The notes below the pieces were generated by a model. It was not told where the DNA came from. It did not search any database and saw nothing but the letters and a program-made list of their open reading frames with translations. The position numbers and the translations under genes were made by a program. Positions 11,301 through 24,262 of a DNA stretch of 64,000 nucleotides are shown piece by piece; the stretch's first letter is position 1, and every line of letters begins with the position of its first letter. The stretch is taken from positions 34,100,001 through 34,164,000 of the forward strand of contig OZ024749.1 in assembly GCA_964016885.1 (NCBI GenBank), in the 5' to 3' direction. The stretch comes from Eledone cirrhosa (Eukaryota).

Positions 11301-11542
11301 TTTAATATATATATATATAAAATCAATAATAATGAGTTCAAATCTCAGGCGATCATTTACAATGAAATAGCTCGAAGAAAGACTATTCTGAGCCGTGTAA
11401 TATAGGTTAACACAAATCAATATATTTGATAAACAAATCCTCATATTTATGTATGTATTGTAAATGACCAAGTTAGCTAGATAGAAATATACTAATAATA
11501 TATATATCGTACTGCCTCACTGTTTTGTTCCCGTTCCATTTT

Positions 11543-11576
<34 letters not shown>

Positions 11577-11582
<6 letters not shown>

Positions 11583-12018
11583 ATGAAATAACAGGAGGCT
11601 GGACTGGTGTAAATCCTTGAAAAGTTTATTATACTATGATCATTTCAATGACCGGGTTCCATATGAATCCGGTGTTATCATCAGGTATTGGAATATAACA
11701 AAGGAATATGTAAAAGGTCTCTGTCTCTGATTTTTCGGACCCATGGCCTTTTACAGATTCCTTTGTTATATTTCAATACCTGATGATAACACCGGATTCA
11801 TATGGAACCCGGTCATTGAAATGATCATAGTATAATAAACCTTTCAAGGATTTACACTAGTCCAGCCTCCTGTTATTTCATTTATAATTAACTCCGTATT
11901 CGCACCACAAACGAAGATGGATGAACTGCACTGCGTTGAGTACTCTTCACAATATTACACCAGGATTGACCATACGGAATGACCAGTTCTATCCAGTGGT
12001 GAACCAACAAACCTAAAG
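11577..12018 (+). mobile_element. Fold-back HHR cassette, family 4 (~140-bp arms plus tail)
   Basis: Arms 11577-11718 and 11745-11886; tail ACTC-CGTA...TGCG-tt-GAGT 11891-11941; (TA)n flanks. Confidence 0.9.
11776..11833 (+). ncRNA. Type I hammerhead ribozyme (mirror copy on minus strand at 11631-11688)
   Basis: atac CTGATGA ..accgg-attc-atat-ggaa-cccggt.. GAAA tgatca TA gtat; palindromic stem III. Confidence 0.8.
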
Positions 12019-12121
12019 ATATATATATATTATATATATATATATCGAGCGTTAAACCAAGATATATCCTCATTGTACTTGTTTGCTGTGTTTTGCGTTT
12101 ACTTTTCACATACATGTGTAA

Positions 12122-12210
<89 letters not shown>

Positions 12211-12366
12211 TGACTGCTAGTTTTCTACCCCTCTTCGTCTTATCCGTTTTTTTGCTTCATACAGCTCCCCCCGCCACCAACCACCCTCACCCCACCGCCA
12301 ATAATTTCCTCCTCCTTCATGTCATCTATTTTAACACACAAACAGTAGCACACATATATAAAATGA

Positions 12367-12414
<48 letters not shown>

Positions 12415-12524
12415 GTGTGTATGATTACATATATATATATATATATATATACACACGCACATATATATGTATGTATATACATACATATATGTTTGTGTGT
12501 GTATGATTATATGTATTTGTAATC

Positions 12525-12603
<79 letters not shown>

Positions 12604-13000
12604 CAATGAATACGATAAGATCTTAACAAAACTTCGAAATGTCATAGCAAATACTAAACTGTCATTGTTATTGCTGTTTTTATATTTTCCCCCGCAAGTA
12701 CAATAATATACCCCGAGTTGCCTCTCTTGACGGAAATACTTATTACACATGACTTAAGCGACAACAGATACTTAAAACATCAAGTCTGCCCTCTAACAAA
12801 GATAGAATATTCAGATTCTTTTAACGTTTGTATGATGGTATTTCTTCTTCCTTAAGTAAGTAGTATATGTAGAAATCTAATAGCTAGCATAAAAAATGTC
12901 AACTTCATTGTACTTTCGAGGGTTGGTTGGAGGTGATGTTTATACAGTTATGTGTATATTACAGTTTACAGTTATATATATGTATATATATAAACACATG

Positions 13001-13121
<121 letters not shown>

Positions 13122-13154
13122 CGTGTGCGTGTGCGTGTGTGTTTATATATATAT

Positions 13155-13582
13155 ATTGTTATACTTTGGGGGGGGGGGGGTAATGTTGCCAATAAGAAGC
13201 ACACGCACCAGTTGCTTTCACTTCAATTTATTATAATAAATTTATAAATTTAGGAATTTATAAATTTCCGGTTGGTTGGTTGGTTCCACAACCAGATGGC
13301 TGTTTATATATTGTCAAAGTTCTTTCGTCACACATTCTATGACCTGTTCAGTGACTGGGGATTCTTTTCTTTGTTTTTGTGCCTCTCCTTTGTTCTGTCC
13401 TACGCCATCTTGTTTCTGTGTGTGTGTTGTGTGCTCAGTCTGCGCATGCGCCACATCCGGGTGTGTCTGTGTGTGTTTATATTCGTTTATTTATTTGTTT
13501 ATTTACATGTTACGGGGTTGTTTGTTCTATGTGCGTGTGTGTTTTCATTTTGTCCTTAATTGTAAGTTGTGATGTTGCTGTT
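13155..13582 (-). mobile_element. 3' UTR / pLTR of the PLE, with variant HHR at 13313-13355
   Basis: Downstream of the GIY-YIG ORF; minus strand gtca CTGAACAG gtca..tgac GAAA gaac TT tgac; GCGCATGCGC and AAGATGGCG motifs upstream of it. Confidence 0.6.
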
Positions 13583-14560
13583 CTACTCATGTTTTCTATT
13601 TAATTTTGGTTGTAATTCTTTTATGTTTATTGCCTCTGTGATTTGTCTAAACATTGCGTCTTTTCTGTGTGTAGATTCTATTTTTATTTCTATGTTCTCT
13701 AATTTACCCTTATGTTCTATGTTAGCATGTTGGTAGAGTACAGATGATTCTTTACTATCTTGAAGGTCTCGCCAGTGTTCATTTATCCGTTCCCCTACAC
13801 TACGAGCTGTCTCACCTATGTACACTATATTTTTATCTCTACATTGTCCTTCAGTACATCTTATGCTATATACTACATTTCTAGTTTTACAGTTAATATG
13901 GGGGATTAATTTACAGGTTATACATTTCTTATCTATACAGGGGAGTCTTTGAAAAGGGTATGTCTTGCTAATAAGTGTTTTTATGGAGGTACCTGGTCTT
14001 TCTACTATCTTAATATTGAGTTTATGTTTATCTAGGGCCCTTCTAAATTTGTAAGCTAATTCACCTCTAGGGGTTGTATCGATGAACATTACACTCTGGT
14101 ATTTATTGCTATCATACCATGAGTTTATTCTATTAGCCTTATTCCTAGTTCTTTCTATTCTATTCCAAAATTTGCTCCTATACAAGGGGTAGGTCCCATT
14201 TGTGTCATTATTTACCATTTTTTCCCATTTGGTTCTGGCTCCTCTATACACTCTGATTTTATCTCTCTGATTGTAACCAGAGAACTGCATATGGTGGATA
14301 AAGTGTTGTATGTGTCTCTCTAGTTCTTCGGGGTTGCACATGCGGGACACGTTTCTCATCACCCGTACCAAATCCGCAATCAGTATGTTGATTTTGGTAT
14401 GGTCCGAAACAGCTGAGTTTCGGTGGATCAGAAATTTGGAAGTCATGGGTTTGGCATAATGGGAATGGAGGATTTGTTTTTTGTTATTAATGGTATCTAA
14501 ACCAGAGCTCTGTGTCTAGTACAGGTAATCGATGGTTGGGGTGTTTGCTTGGGTAGTCTA
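13583..14560 (-). pseudogene. Penelope-like element ORF fragment: RT primer grip/thumb, Cys linker, GIY-YIG endonuclease
   Basis: Frameshifted upstream VTIDYPSKHPNHRLPVLDTELW..HYAKPM, then 287 aa with PCIDKKCITC, NVVYSIRC..YIGETARSVGERINEH..H..EA..I..PKLNR. Confidence 0.92.
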
Positions 14561-14600
14561 TAGTAACTCTAATACTCTGGTGGATGGAAAAGAGGAAAGA

Positions 14601-14639
14601 AAGTTCGACGTGTCGGGCTTTAGCCCTTCTTCAGGTGAA
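14601..14639 (-). ncRNA. Decayed minimal hammerhead upstream of PLE ORF fragment
   Basis: gttcac CTGAAGA agggc-taaa-gccc GACA cg TC gaac (GAAA to GACA). Confidence 0.6.
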
Positions 14640-15744
14640 CAAAATTAGAGACAGGATCACAAACAGAAATAAAGGAGGTCCAAGTAAAGAAAAAATATAT
14701 ATATTTTTTTTTTGTGTGTATGTTAGTGAGTTTGTATTTGTGTGTGTGAGTGTGTGTGTGTTATATTTGATATGTTTGTATTTGTGTGTGTGTGTTATAT
14801 TTGATATTGTGATGTTGAACGACTTTTGATGAAACACTCAGCATAAGAATACGACATGTTTGTAAGAAAGTTGGGATACTCTGCATTCCTTTAAATTATT
14901 CTATCAAGATTGTGAAATGATGAAAATGGACGTTACAAGTGGGATTTGGATTCAATGGAATATGCACTTAGCTAATGATTTGATGAAGGCATATACATGG
15001 TGAATAAAACGGAGATAGAAAGAGTATTAATATATTTCTTATAATTTACTGTTGCAGCTCCATAAATAATTTCCTTTTCAGAAATAGAGAGTGCTAGTCT
15101 TATTATAAATGTATTATTGATTCGAACAAGAAATTCAGGAAACAAGCTTAGAGCTCAATAGATCTTAGTTTTGTTCTTGACAAAGACAATTAATTCAGAA
15201 ATATGAGCTACAATAGTGTAGAAAAGTAGATTCAAATAACTAACACCAACTAGGAATTGAGCTTTATAATGTAGTCAAATGATTTAGTGACTAGAGATTC
15301 ATTGGGGTGTAATTAAAACATGTGTCGCTCTACGCCAAATCTATTAGCATTTACTTTAACGTAGACGTGCCAACCTCTAAAAACCCAAACGAGGAGTACC
15401 TTGAAAAAAAGTGCTCCAAAACGGGGAGAAATAGGGCAAAATGGGAGGATTTTACATAATGAAAGCTATACCAATTTTCACAAGAGAAGACATCTGTCAC
15501 ATACCCCAAAGTGGTTAGGAGATATCACCGTCGGACGGAGAGAGTTGACGGGTCTGCTTGATGTCAACTTTATACTTTGTTGAATGCTATTCATGCTCTC
15601 ATCGGGGGTTGACATCTCGCAATAACTCTCCCCCTACCGCCGCCCTCCAGCTCCCTGGCCTCGCTAGCAAAAATCCCGACCTGTCTACTTCTATGTCGAA
15701 GTGGATCTTTTATGGGTTTTTTTCTCTCTCACATCTTTATTGCC

Positions 15745-16197
15745 AGCCTCTCGTAATCGGTAGAGCGTCGGACAAAATGCTTTGCGGTATTTAGTTACGA
15801 CTTTCTACGTTCCGAAGTCAACTTTGCCTTTCATTCTTCGATGGTCAATAAAGTAAAATACCAGTCATGTACTGGGATCAATCCAATCAACTTCACTCCT
15901 GCCTCACCAAATTGCAGGCCATGTATCTAAATTAGAAACCTTTATTATAGCACCTTAAGGGCGGTGGATTGGTAGAATCAGTAGAGCGCAGGACAAAATG
16001 TTTTGCAGTATAGAGTTACGGCCTTTTACGTTCTGAGTTCAAATCTCACTGAGGTCGGCTTTGCTTTTCACCCTTACGGGGTCAATAAAATAAAGTACCA
16101 GTCACGCACTGAGGTCGATATAATTAACTTTTCCCATACGCCCGCCCCGCCCCCTTCAAATTGCTGGACTTGTGCCTAAAGTAGAAACAATTATTAT
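15745..16197 (+). mobile_element. Two adjacent family A SINEs
   Basis: Heads tcggtagagcg..gacaaaatg at ~15757 and ~15980, each with core and tail. Confidence 0.85.
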
Positions 16198-17236
16198 AGT
16201 GCCATTTTTAACTGAAGGACTTTGAAATAAAAGTAACTGTTCCTCTTCTATTACGTCTAACTTCTGACCTTTGTTGGAGAGGCATTAAGAATAGAACAGA
16301 AAGAAATATAGTTATTCAGAGGTTAGCCAAGTCAAATGTCTACCAATATGCATGAGTGTACGCGTATATATATATGTGTGTGTGTACGTGCGTGTGTGTG
16401 TATTGTTATATTTGGGGATGGTCATATTGTTCTAATATTGCCAGAAATAATAACAGAACACACTCACTGTTTGGGTTGGTTTTCACTTCTGTATCTTTTA
16501 TATCTCCATAGTTACTTTATCTGGCAATCAATGTTTATCATTGATTGACCAACGGTTAAAAATACAGATATAAATATATATATATATAGTCTATCAAAAT
16601 GTTTATATATATATATATAGTAGAATGATCGAGAATCGGAATATCGGCCCACGAAATCACGATAAACAATATCCCACATGTGTGGCAGAGGGCTCAATAG
16701 TTTGGATAAACCAGAGCTATAACTATCGTTAAAATACCAACACACAGAGATCATGCCTAAAATCACCCGTGCAGCCGAAAAAGAACGACCAGGAAGATTC
16801 GGGTCACTCAAATAAAATATCAATAAATTAATAAATTAAATGAATGTAAAAAAACTCACCCGGACCCGCTAGAAGGATGTTAAAATCTAGCTTTTTGGGT
16901 TTCTGCAATTCCTTAATCAAATCACTATCAGCCCACATAAAAAATATATATGACTTCTAGTGAGGAGATGAACGAGATATAAACACACACGCACGCACAA
17001 ATATGTATATGTGTGTGAGCAAAATGTAAACAAAAACAATAAAGTAAACAACACAGTACAATGAAGAAATATATTAGTTTAACACTTGATATGCTTCATT
17101 AGAAGATAGAATGGGAAATAATGAAATAGAAAGATAGAGAGAGAAGAGGAAGGAATGGAAGGAATCCTTTTAGTAAAAATACGTATGTAATCAGTTAGCC
17201 ATTTTAAACAAAACAAATACACACACACACACACAT

Positions 17237-17284
<48 letters not shown>

Positions 17285-17344
17285 GTAAAAATATATATAT
17301 GAACTTGCAAACATCTACACGTATATATATATATATATATATAT

Positions 17345-17855
17345 ATAAGTTAAAACAATGAAATAAAAAATCAAGTCATTAGAGATATACTTCACTGCTT
17401 TACGATCGTTTCTAGATGATGATAATATATTGTAGCTATATTTCGTTATTTATGTATGTAAGGCTAGTTACAAAATATCAGACAAAGAGAATATTTACTT
17501 ACATGCATATCACCAACTGTTTTCAAAAGCAATCATTGCTTTTGAAAACAGCTGGTGATATGCATGTTAGTAAATATTCTCTTTGTCTGATATTTTGTAA
17601 CTAACCTTACATAGATAAATAACCAAGTATAGCTACAATGTATTATCATCATCTAGAAACGATCGTAAAGCAGTGAAGTATATCTCTAATGACTTGATTT
17701 TTTTATTTCATTGTTTTAACTTATATCATGACTCTGTTTTCCTTTTAATGTTTTATTGTTTTCCGGGATTTATCTTAACCTACAACATTTTCAACATATG
17801 GATTACATTGAGTTCTTCATGCAGAACAGACCCCACAACTTACCGTGGATATCTC

Positions 17856-17856
<1 letters not shown>
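17345..17856 (+). mobile_element. Near-perfect ~190-bp-arm fold-back cassette with decayed long-stem-II HHR and bulged-hairpin tail
   Basis: Arms 17345-17532 and 17535-17722; ttgctt TTGAAAA cagctggtgata..tatcatcatcta GAAA cgatcg TA aagcag; tail ACTC-TGT..ACA-tt-GAGT 17731-17813. Confidence 0.85.
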
Positions 17857-17934
<78 letters not shown>

Positions 17935-18085
17935 AGGAGTTGACGGACCCAGCATATTTATCAATGCCAGGACCGGTTGTATTTCAGCGTACTCAATAGA
18001 TAATGTAGAATACATTCCCAGAGTATACACATCACATAGTTATTCCTTTCAATACAACACACGTAAACGGGTGCCTATAGTAGTT

Positions 18086-18188
18086 CCCGGACTCGAGTTT
18101 CGGCCACATTTAATGCTGTAGTAAGGTGCACTGCACCCTCTGTCTGCATATATTATGCATAATCAGTGCATGTGGCTTCATCAGCGGG
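18086..18188 (-). ncRNA. Type I hammerhead ribozyme with branched, extended stem II
   Basis: cccg CTGATGA agccacat..~60 nt..atgtggcc GAAA ctcgag TC cggg; palindromic stem III, GUC triplet. Confidence 0.88.
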
Positions 18189-18673
18189 TATCGTCTAATC
18201 AATAACCAATCGATCGACAGAATCCAACCCCAGTCCATGCCGGCTGTGACTGTTTGTGACGGCCGACACAGTAAAGTGATTAGCAACTGGAATCTGATAC
18301 AACTCTGTCCGCCGATCGGCCACCGATTTACAAATTTACGTGGTGGCGGGAGATTAGAAAACAAATATTTCCGCTCCCGCCAAAAGCACTCAGCCAACGT
18401 GTCTCAAACACAAATTAATAATATAGTGAAAAGTTGGTTATTAGAAAGAGCAGTCTCATATCGTTGAATAATAGAATGGTAGCATTCGGCTCAGGTCTCC
18501 AAGTTCCATGGCGATAGGATGGCGATAGTAACAGTGGTAGTGCCTAGAACCTTTATCGGACATTAAATGCCAGCATCTACTATACAGCGACATAGAGTAG
18601 CTTGCTGGTAGCGACAGCCACGTGTGTAAACCAGTCAATTTCACAACTTAAACGATTTAATAAGCGAGTGAGA

Positions 18674-18796
18674 GAGAAAATATGTAGGTTATTACGTGAG
18701 AAAATATATAGGTTATTACGTGAGAAAATATATAGGTTATTACGTGAGAAAATATATAGGTTATTACGTGAGAAAATATATAGGTTATTACGTGAG
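18674..18796. repeat. 24-bp tandem repeat x5
   Basis: gagaaaatatataggttattacgt repeated. Confidence 0.95.
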
Positions 18797-18957
18797 TAAC
18801 TAGTGGTTACTAGCGGCGACACTGGTCGAAGGACTCGATGCTGTTACGATTAAGAGTTGGGATCCGATCGCCTGATCAAACCCGACCGAGTTGATCGATA
18901 TAGAAACAATTGTAATATGTAATAAAGTTTCACAAAAAACTGCAACTCTTATTGTCA

Positions 18958-19035
<78 letters not shown>

Positions 19036-19174
19036 TGTGTATATGTTTATGTGTATCTATGTGTATATGTGTTATGTATAAAGCCCAATACGAATTATTC
19101 TTATAGTACATTTATACATAATCAAAGAACACACACACACACAGGTACGTACTAAAAGAGATCTCTGCTTATGA

Positions 19175-19253
<79 letters not shown>

Positions 19254-19604
19254 GCTCATTGTTTATACACCTTTCCTGTCGTTAAACAGATTAGATACTA
19301 ATATGTATTGTGTTCATATGTCAGTGTATTCATACAAAATGATATATACGTATGTGTAGTAAGTATCATCACGTGATTCTCTCAAACGAGGTTGGTATGT
19401 ACGTCTACGGAATATATTCCGGAAGCAGGTAAAGTACTATTGTGACGTCCATTTCCTTGCTACAAAGGAATGTTTAGTCAAACAATGCTTTGAATTCATA
19501 CAGAAAGGTCTTAGTTTGATTGTGAATATAATTACAAGCACATATCCCATTGTTTTACGAGCGAAATAAGTAATATTCGGTTTCTTCATTAAGCTATGGG
19601 TTCT

Positions 19605-19643
<39 letters not shown>

Positions 19644-19648
<5 letters not shown>

Positions 19649-19875
19649 GGTGTCCCCAAAAAATGTATACAGGCTTCAGCAGCAAAAAGAAAACTGCATT
19701 AAAATAAATTCTGTTTATATGCATTGTTTAGATTATGTAAACATACATTTTTTTGTGTTTACATAAAATTGAATTATGTTTGTAGATCATTTTATTTTGG
19801 GGAAAGGCTCTGCATTCTAATAAATATTGCTTGTACAGGTAATCAAAGTGTGTATACATTTTTGAGGACACCCTT
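19644..19875. mobile_element. Tc1/mariner-type MITE
   Basis: TIR tacagggtgtccccaaaaaatgtataca / tgtatacatttttgaggacaccct, TA flanks. Confidence 0.8.
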
Positions 19876-20499
19876 TATATATATTTATATATGTGTGTGT
19901 GTGTGTGTGTCTGTCTGTCTGTCTGTCTCTGTGTGTGTCTGTGTTTGTGCGTGTCTATGTGTGTGTGTGTGTGTCTGTGTTTGTGTGTCTGTGTATGTCT
20001 GTGTGTGTGAGAGTGTTTGTCTGTGTGCAGAATATCCGCAAATAAAAGGACCAAAGAATACAATACTCAATCTAGTACAAGAGAGCTTATTTAGTTTATA
20101 TTAAAACGTCATATACTTAATATGTATGCACGATCTTAGGTTTCGGGGTCCAGTTATGGCCACCACTGCATAGTGGAGGAGCCGTTTTCACTCATCAGGC
20201 ACAAGGACAAATTTAAAGAAAAAACTGTTACCTCACGAAAATTGACCTGAGAAATTGTTGGCCTTGTGCCTAAATCAGAAACCATTATTATCAGCAATTA
20301 CTTATGCACGAAGCAGATAAAGAATTATACTATACTATAGTATACTACGACCCTATAGTAACTATAGAGTCGTAGTATACTATAGTATCTATGCAGTAAC
20401 ACTAATGGATGTAACTGAAGTTGAAAGAAATATGAATGTAAAGACAGAGATCAAAACGTCTTATTTACATATTTCTCTGTAGATTGAATAAGAGGAACA

Positions 20500-20543
20500 G
20501 TTTGACCTAAGTTTCGGTTCTTATTGGAAACACCTTCAGAAAC
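20500..20543 (-). ncRNA. Decayed minimal hammerhead ribozyme
   Basis: gttt CTGAAGG tgtttc-caataa-gaacc GAAA cttagg TC aaac. Confidence 0.6.
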
Positions 20544-21148
20544 TCTCTACATTTCCTGCTATTCACTGAATAGAAAACCATCAAATGAAGCACTAACAGC
20601 GAACTGGAAAAGCCGCTGATTTACCTACTATTAGTGCTTATGGTGGTAGTATCGAGTTGATATGTACCGTTAATATGCATCAGAGAATATTTACGAAAAT
20701 AAGGTAGACAAAGAACAAGAGCAACCGTCAGCGATATTGGGTCGCATGACCTTATGGTTATTATTTATTTTATAAATGTCATATATTTAGCAATAAACAT
20801 TCGAGGTATATCTCCAACAAATGTTCAGGGATTCCGTTTTCTTAGCTATGTGCTAAGTATTTCGTCCGTCTTTTGTTTGCTGTATGGGTGAATGTGTGTG
20901 TATGTGTGTGTGTGTGTATGTGTGTGTTTGTGTGTGCGTTGTTGTTGTGTTTTTGTTATTTTCTTCTTTGTCCCGAATGTATTAACTTGACAGGAATTTC
21001 CGGTATAATGTTGTTTTTATTATTATTATTATATATATATATATATGGGGGTGGGATAGAATACATGCACATATATATAAATATACGGGGGCTAGAATAC
21101 ATATATATATATATATATATATGAGGGTGGGGTAGAATACACACAGGC

Positions 21149-21425
<277 letters not shown>

Positions 21426-21600
21426 ATAAATATATATATATATAAATATATATATATCTACATATATGCAAAAATTTTATTTAAAATTGTTGGGTTACAA
21501 CGAGTAAATATTTTATAACTGATATAAAAGCACTCAACAGATTTTGGAGTATTTTACGATATTAAACAAATGGAAACTACATTTATAAAACCATATTTAT

Positions 21601-21660
21601 TTCATTATATATATTTCAGGGATATCATATTAAAAATATGGTATGCCCTCTTCAGACAAA
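21601..21660 (-). ncRNA. Type I hammerhead ribozyme, followed by bulged hairpin at 21550-21532
   Basis: tttgt CTGAAGA gggcataccatatt-ttt-aatatgatatccct GAAA tatata TA atgaa. Confidence 0.82.
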
Positions 21661-22185
21661 ATACAATATATAAACAGTTTTATAAATGAATTTGACATAC
21701 CTTGGAAAATTTACAACTTCCATTTAAAAAGTTGTTATGGTAGTGAGAATGTTAATGACAGTTAGAAAGAAAGACGGAGAAAAAAGGAAAAAAAGAAAAA
21801 GAAAGAGCGGAAGGTGAAGAAGATGAAGAAATGTACTGTGGTGTCTATATAGTTTGTATATGTGTATTTATTATCATTGTTATTATTACTATCAACCAAG
21901 GTCATTGAACCAACATCTTACTCCCCTGACTATTACCCCCCACCCCACCCCCTGCTATTTCTGCCTGTAACATATGGATGATAAAAATTCGGGTTTGTTT
22001 TAAGATGTTATTGTTTATATTATGTCAGATGAACACAGACGGCGCTAGAAATTTCATCGGGTTTTATTCCTGTCTATACAAAAATGGCGAGGACTTATTT
22101 TAGCTTTTGTTTCGCTTCAATGTCAGAAAAAGACATCAATCGAGAAATATTCCGGAAAATATTTACTCTCTGGGTACTTGCTTTC

Positions 22186-22227
<42 letters not shown>

Positions 22228-22234
<7 letters not shown>

Positions 22235-22660
22235 TGTAATAAACAACATAGTATGTTGGTTAAATTCCTGAAAACTGTAGAGTGCTCAACTAATCGGGCT
22301 GGAAAGTGCCAATCATATATGTAATATAGAATATGCTTCAATCAATCCCGGTTGGAGCTGTATAAATGAAGTAATTCCGTCGGAAAGGTCCAGGAAAAAA
22401 GAGTGCTCTATGTAGGTTACAGAGCTTAATAATTCCGACGGAATTACTTCATTTATACAGCTCCAACCGGGATTGATGGAAGCATATTCTATATTACATA
22501 TATGATTGGCACTTTCCAGCCCGATTAGTTGAGCACTCTACAGTTTTCAGGAATTTAACCAACATACTATGTTGTTTATTACATAACTATTAAGCTCTGT
22601 AACCTACATAGAGCACTCTTTTTTCCTCGACATTTCCGACGGAATTACTTCATTTATATA
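22228..22660 (+). mobile_element. Fold-back cassette, family 5, with circularly permuted ~200-bp arms
   Basis: Right arm 22433-22657 has terminal direct repeat ttccgacggaattacttcatttata; left arm is a permuted reverse complement; hairpin GCTC-TGTA-acc-TACA-ta-GAGC 22594-22614. Confidence 0.85.
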
Positions 22661-22664
22661 TATA

Positions 22665-23162
22665 TGGGCGGCGTGTCACAGCTTGAGATCGGTGTGGAAG
22701 TCGGACCTTCGTAGAGACCTGAAAATCCGCCTCTTCATTGCTGTAGAGGAGTCTGTGCTGCTGTATGGGTCTGGGACTTGGACACTGACCAAGAGACTCA
22801 CTCAGATGGTGGATGGGTGCTACACGAGAATGCTGAGGATGGCTCTGAACATTAATCAGTATACACTGAGGATGAAAAACTCAGAGCTGTATGGGAGCAT
22901 CCCAAAAGTCAGCTCAAAAGTGACACAGAGGAGACTGAGGTTGGCTGGACATGCTCACCGACATCCAGAGTTGACATTGCACTCAGTGCTCCTTTGGGAG
23001 CCCCTACATGGACACACTAGAAGAGGAAGACCAAGGTTAACATATGTTGATGCCCTAAGGACAGACACTGGTCTGTTGGAGATGCAGGATATGGCAGCGA
23101 TAATGAGGGACAGAGACCGCTGGAGAGAACTCGTCCATGGATCTCGGGAATTTTACCCGCCT

Positions 23163-23202
<40 letters not shown>
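22665..23202 (+). pseudogene. 5'-truncated RTE-clade LINE 3' end with (GA)n tail
   Basis: LKIRLFIAVEESVLLYGSGTWTLT..DGCYTRMLRMALNI..RRLRLAGHAHRHPE..RGRP. Confidence 0.92.
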
Positions 23203-23204
<2 letters not shown>

Positions 23205-23570
23205 AAATAGGCCTGGCATCAGCACTGCAAACCGTAACAGAGGGCGTTCTCGGCGAGGGAGTTATTTCAGAGGTAGTGGCATGGCTTCTGGATATTATCC
23301 TTATGCGCCAAGATCTAGGCCTAGATACAGGTAAAGATTATACATACGCCATCTTTCAAAGTGAAGCTTCAGACACTATTGTACCATGTGAATCTCCACA
23401 GTTTATGGCAACTGTCATTTTCTTTCCATGGCACCCAAAGCATCCACTCGCTTCCGGAGGTCGCTTTGTCACCACCCCTACTGAGCACTCTTTACTTGGA
23501 GGATTTCCAATGTATTAAAGAATATTTTCAAGGAGATTGCATTTCATCTGCCACGCTTTTTAATTTGTAA

Positions 23571-23610
<40 letters not shown>

Positions 23611-23611
23611 T

Positions 23612-23783
23612 TTTATAGAAGGAGCTTCTACAGGACTAGTACTGTTTCATTCATCCTGAAGATTTCATCTGAATGAAACAGTACTAGTCCTGTAGAAGCT
23701 CCTTCTACAAAATAAAAATAAAAAAAAAATAAAAAATTTTACTCTGCCATGTATTGAGTACCTTACTTACTGTGGTTATCCCC
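23612..23783 (+). mobile_element. Fold-back HHR cassette, family 1
   Basis: Inversion junction just 5' of CTGAAGA tttca-tc-tgaat GAAA cag-tactagtc-ctg TA gaagct; hairpin 23741-23759. Confidence 0.88.
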
Positions 23784-23803
23784 GACTCAACCCGGGACCT
23801 ACG

Positions 23804-23831
<28 letters not shown>

Positions 23832-23834
<3 letters not shown>

Positions 23835-24023
23835 ATTGTTTCTACTTTAGGCACAAGGCCAGCAACTACCCAGTACATTACTGGTACTTTATTTTATCGA
23901 CCCCCGTAAGGATGAAAGGCAAAGTTAACCTCGGCGGGATGTGAACTCAGACTGTAAAGGGACGTAACTATGCTAGAAAACATGGCATCCAACCCTCTAC
24001 CGATACTGCCAATTCACCGCCCT
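23832..24023 (-). mobile_element. Family A SINE, full length
   Basis: Reverse complement of the family A consensus. Confidence 0.9.
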
Positions 24024-24034
24024 TATATATATAT

Positions 24035-24262
24035 AGTAATAATAATAAATTTGAAAACTAAAATCCAAAGTGGACTCGATAAGGATAAATATATATCAAA
24101 TATATAAGAACCGTAGAGCAAATATTTATTAAAATAACAGATTAAAGTTTAAGCAAAGAATCGCTGCTTTCACCCTTAACGGGATCTTCTGAAATTGTTT
24201 CAGAAGATCCCGTTAAGGGTGAAAGCAGCGATTCTTTGCTTAAACTTTAATCTGTTATTTTA

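Larger units (their letters stand above)
17930..18960 (-). mobile_element. GC-richer ~1-kb element between TA tracts, with HHR and bulged hairpin at its left (3') end
   Basis: HHR 18086-18188; hairpin ACTC-TGGG..TCTA-tt-GAGT on minus strand at 18034-17991. Confidence 0.7.

Noticed and set aside
16810-16960. Minus-strand exon ending at a GTGAGT donor
   Set aside because: Short frame with no recognisable domain or consistent next exon.
18674-18796. Possible CRISPR array
   Set aside because: Contiguous 24-bp repeats with no spacers.
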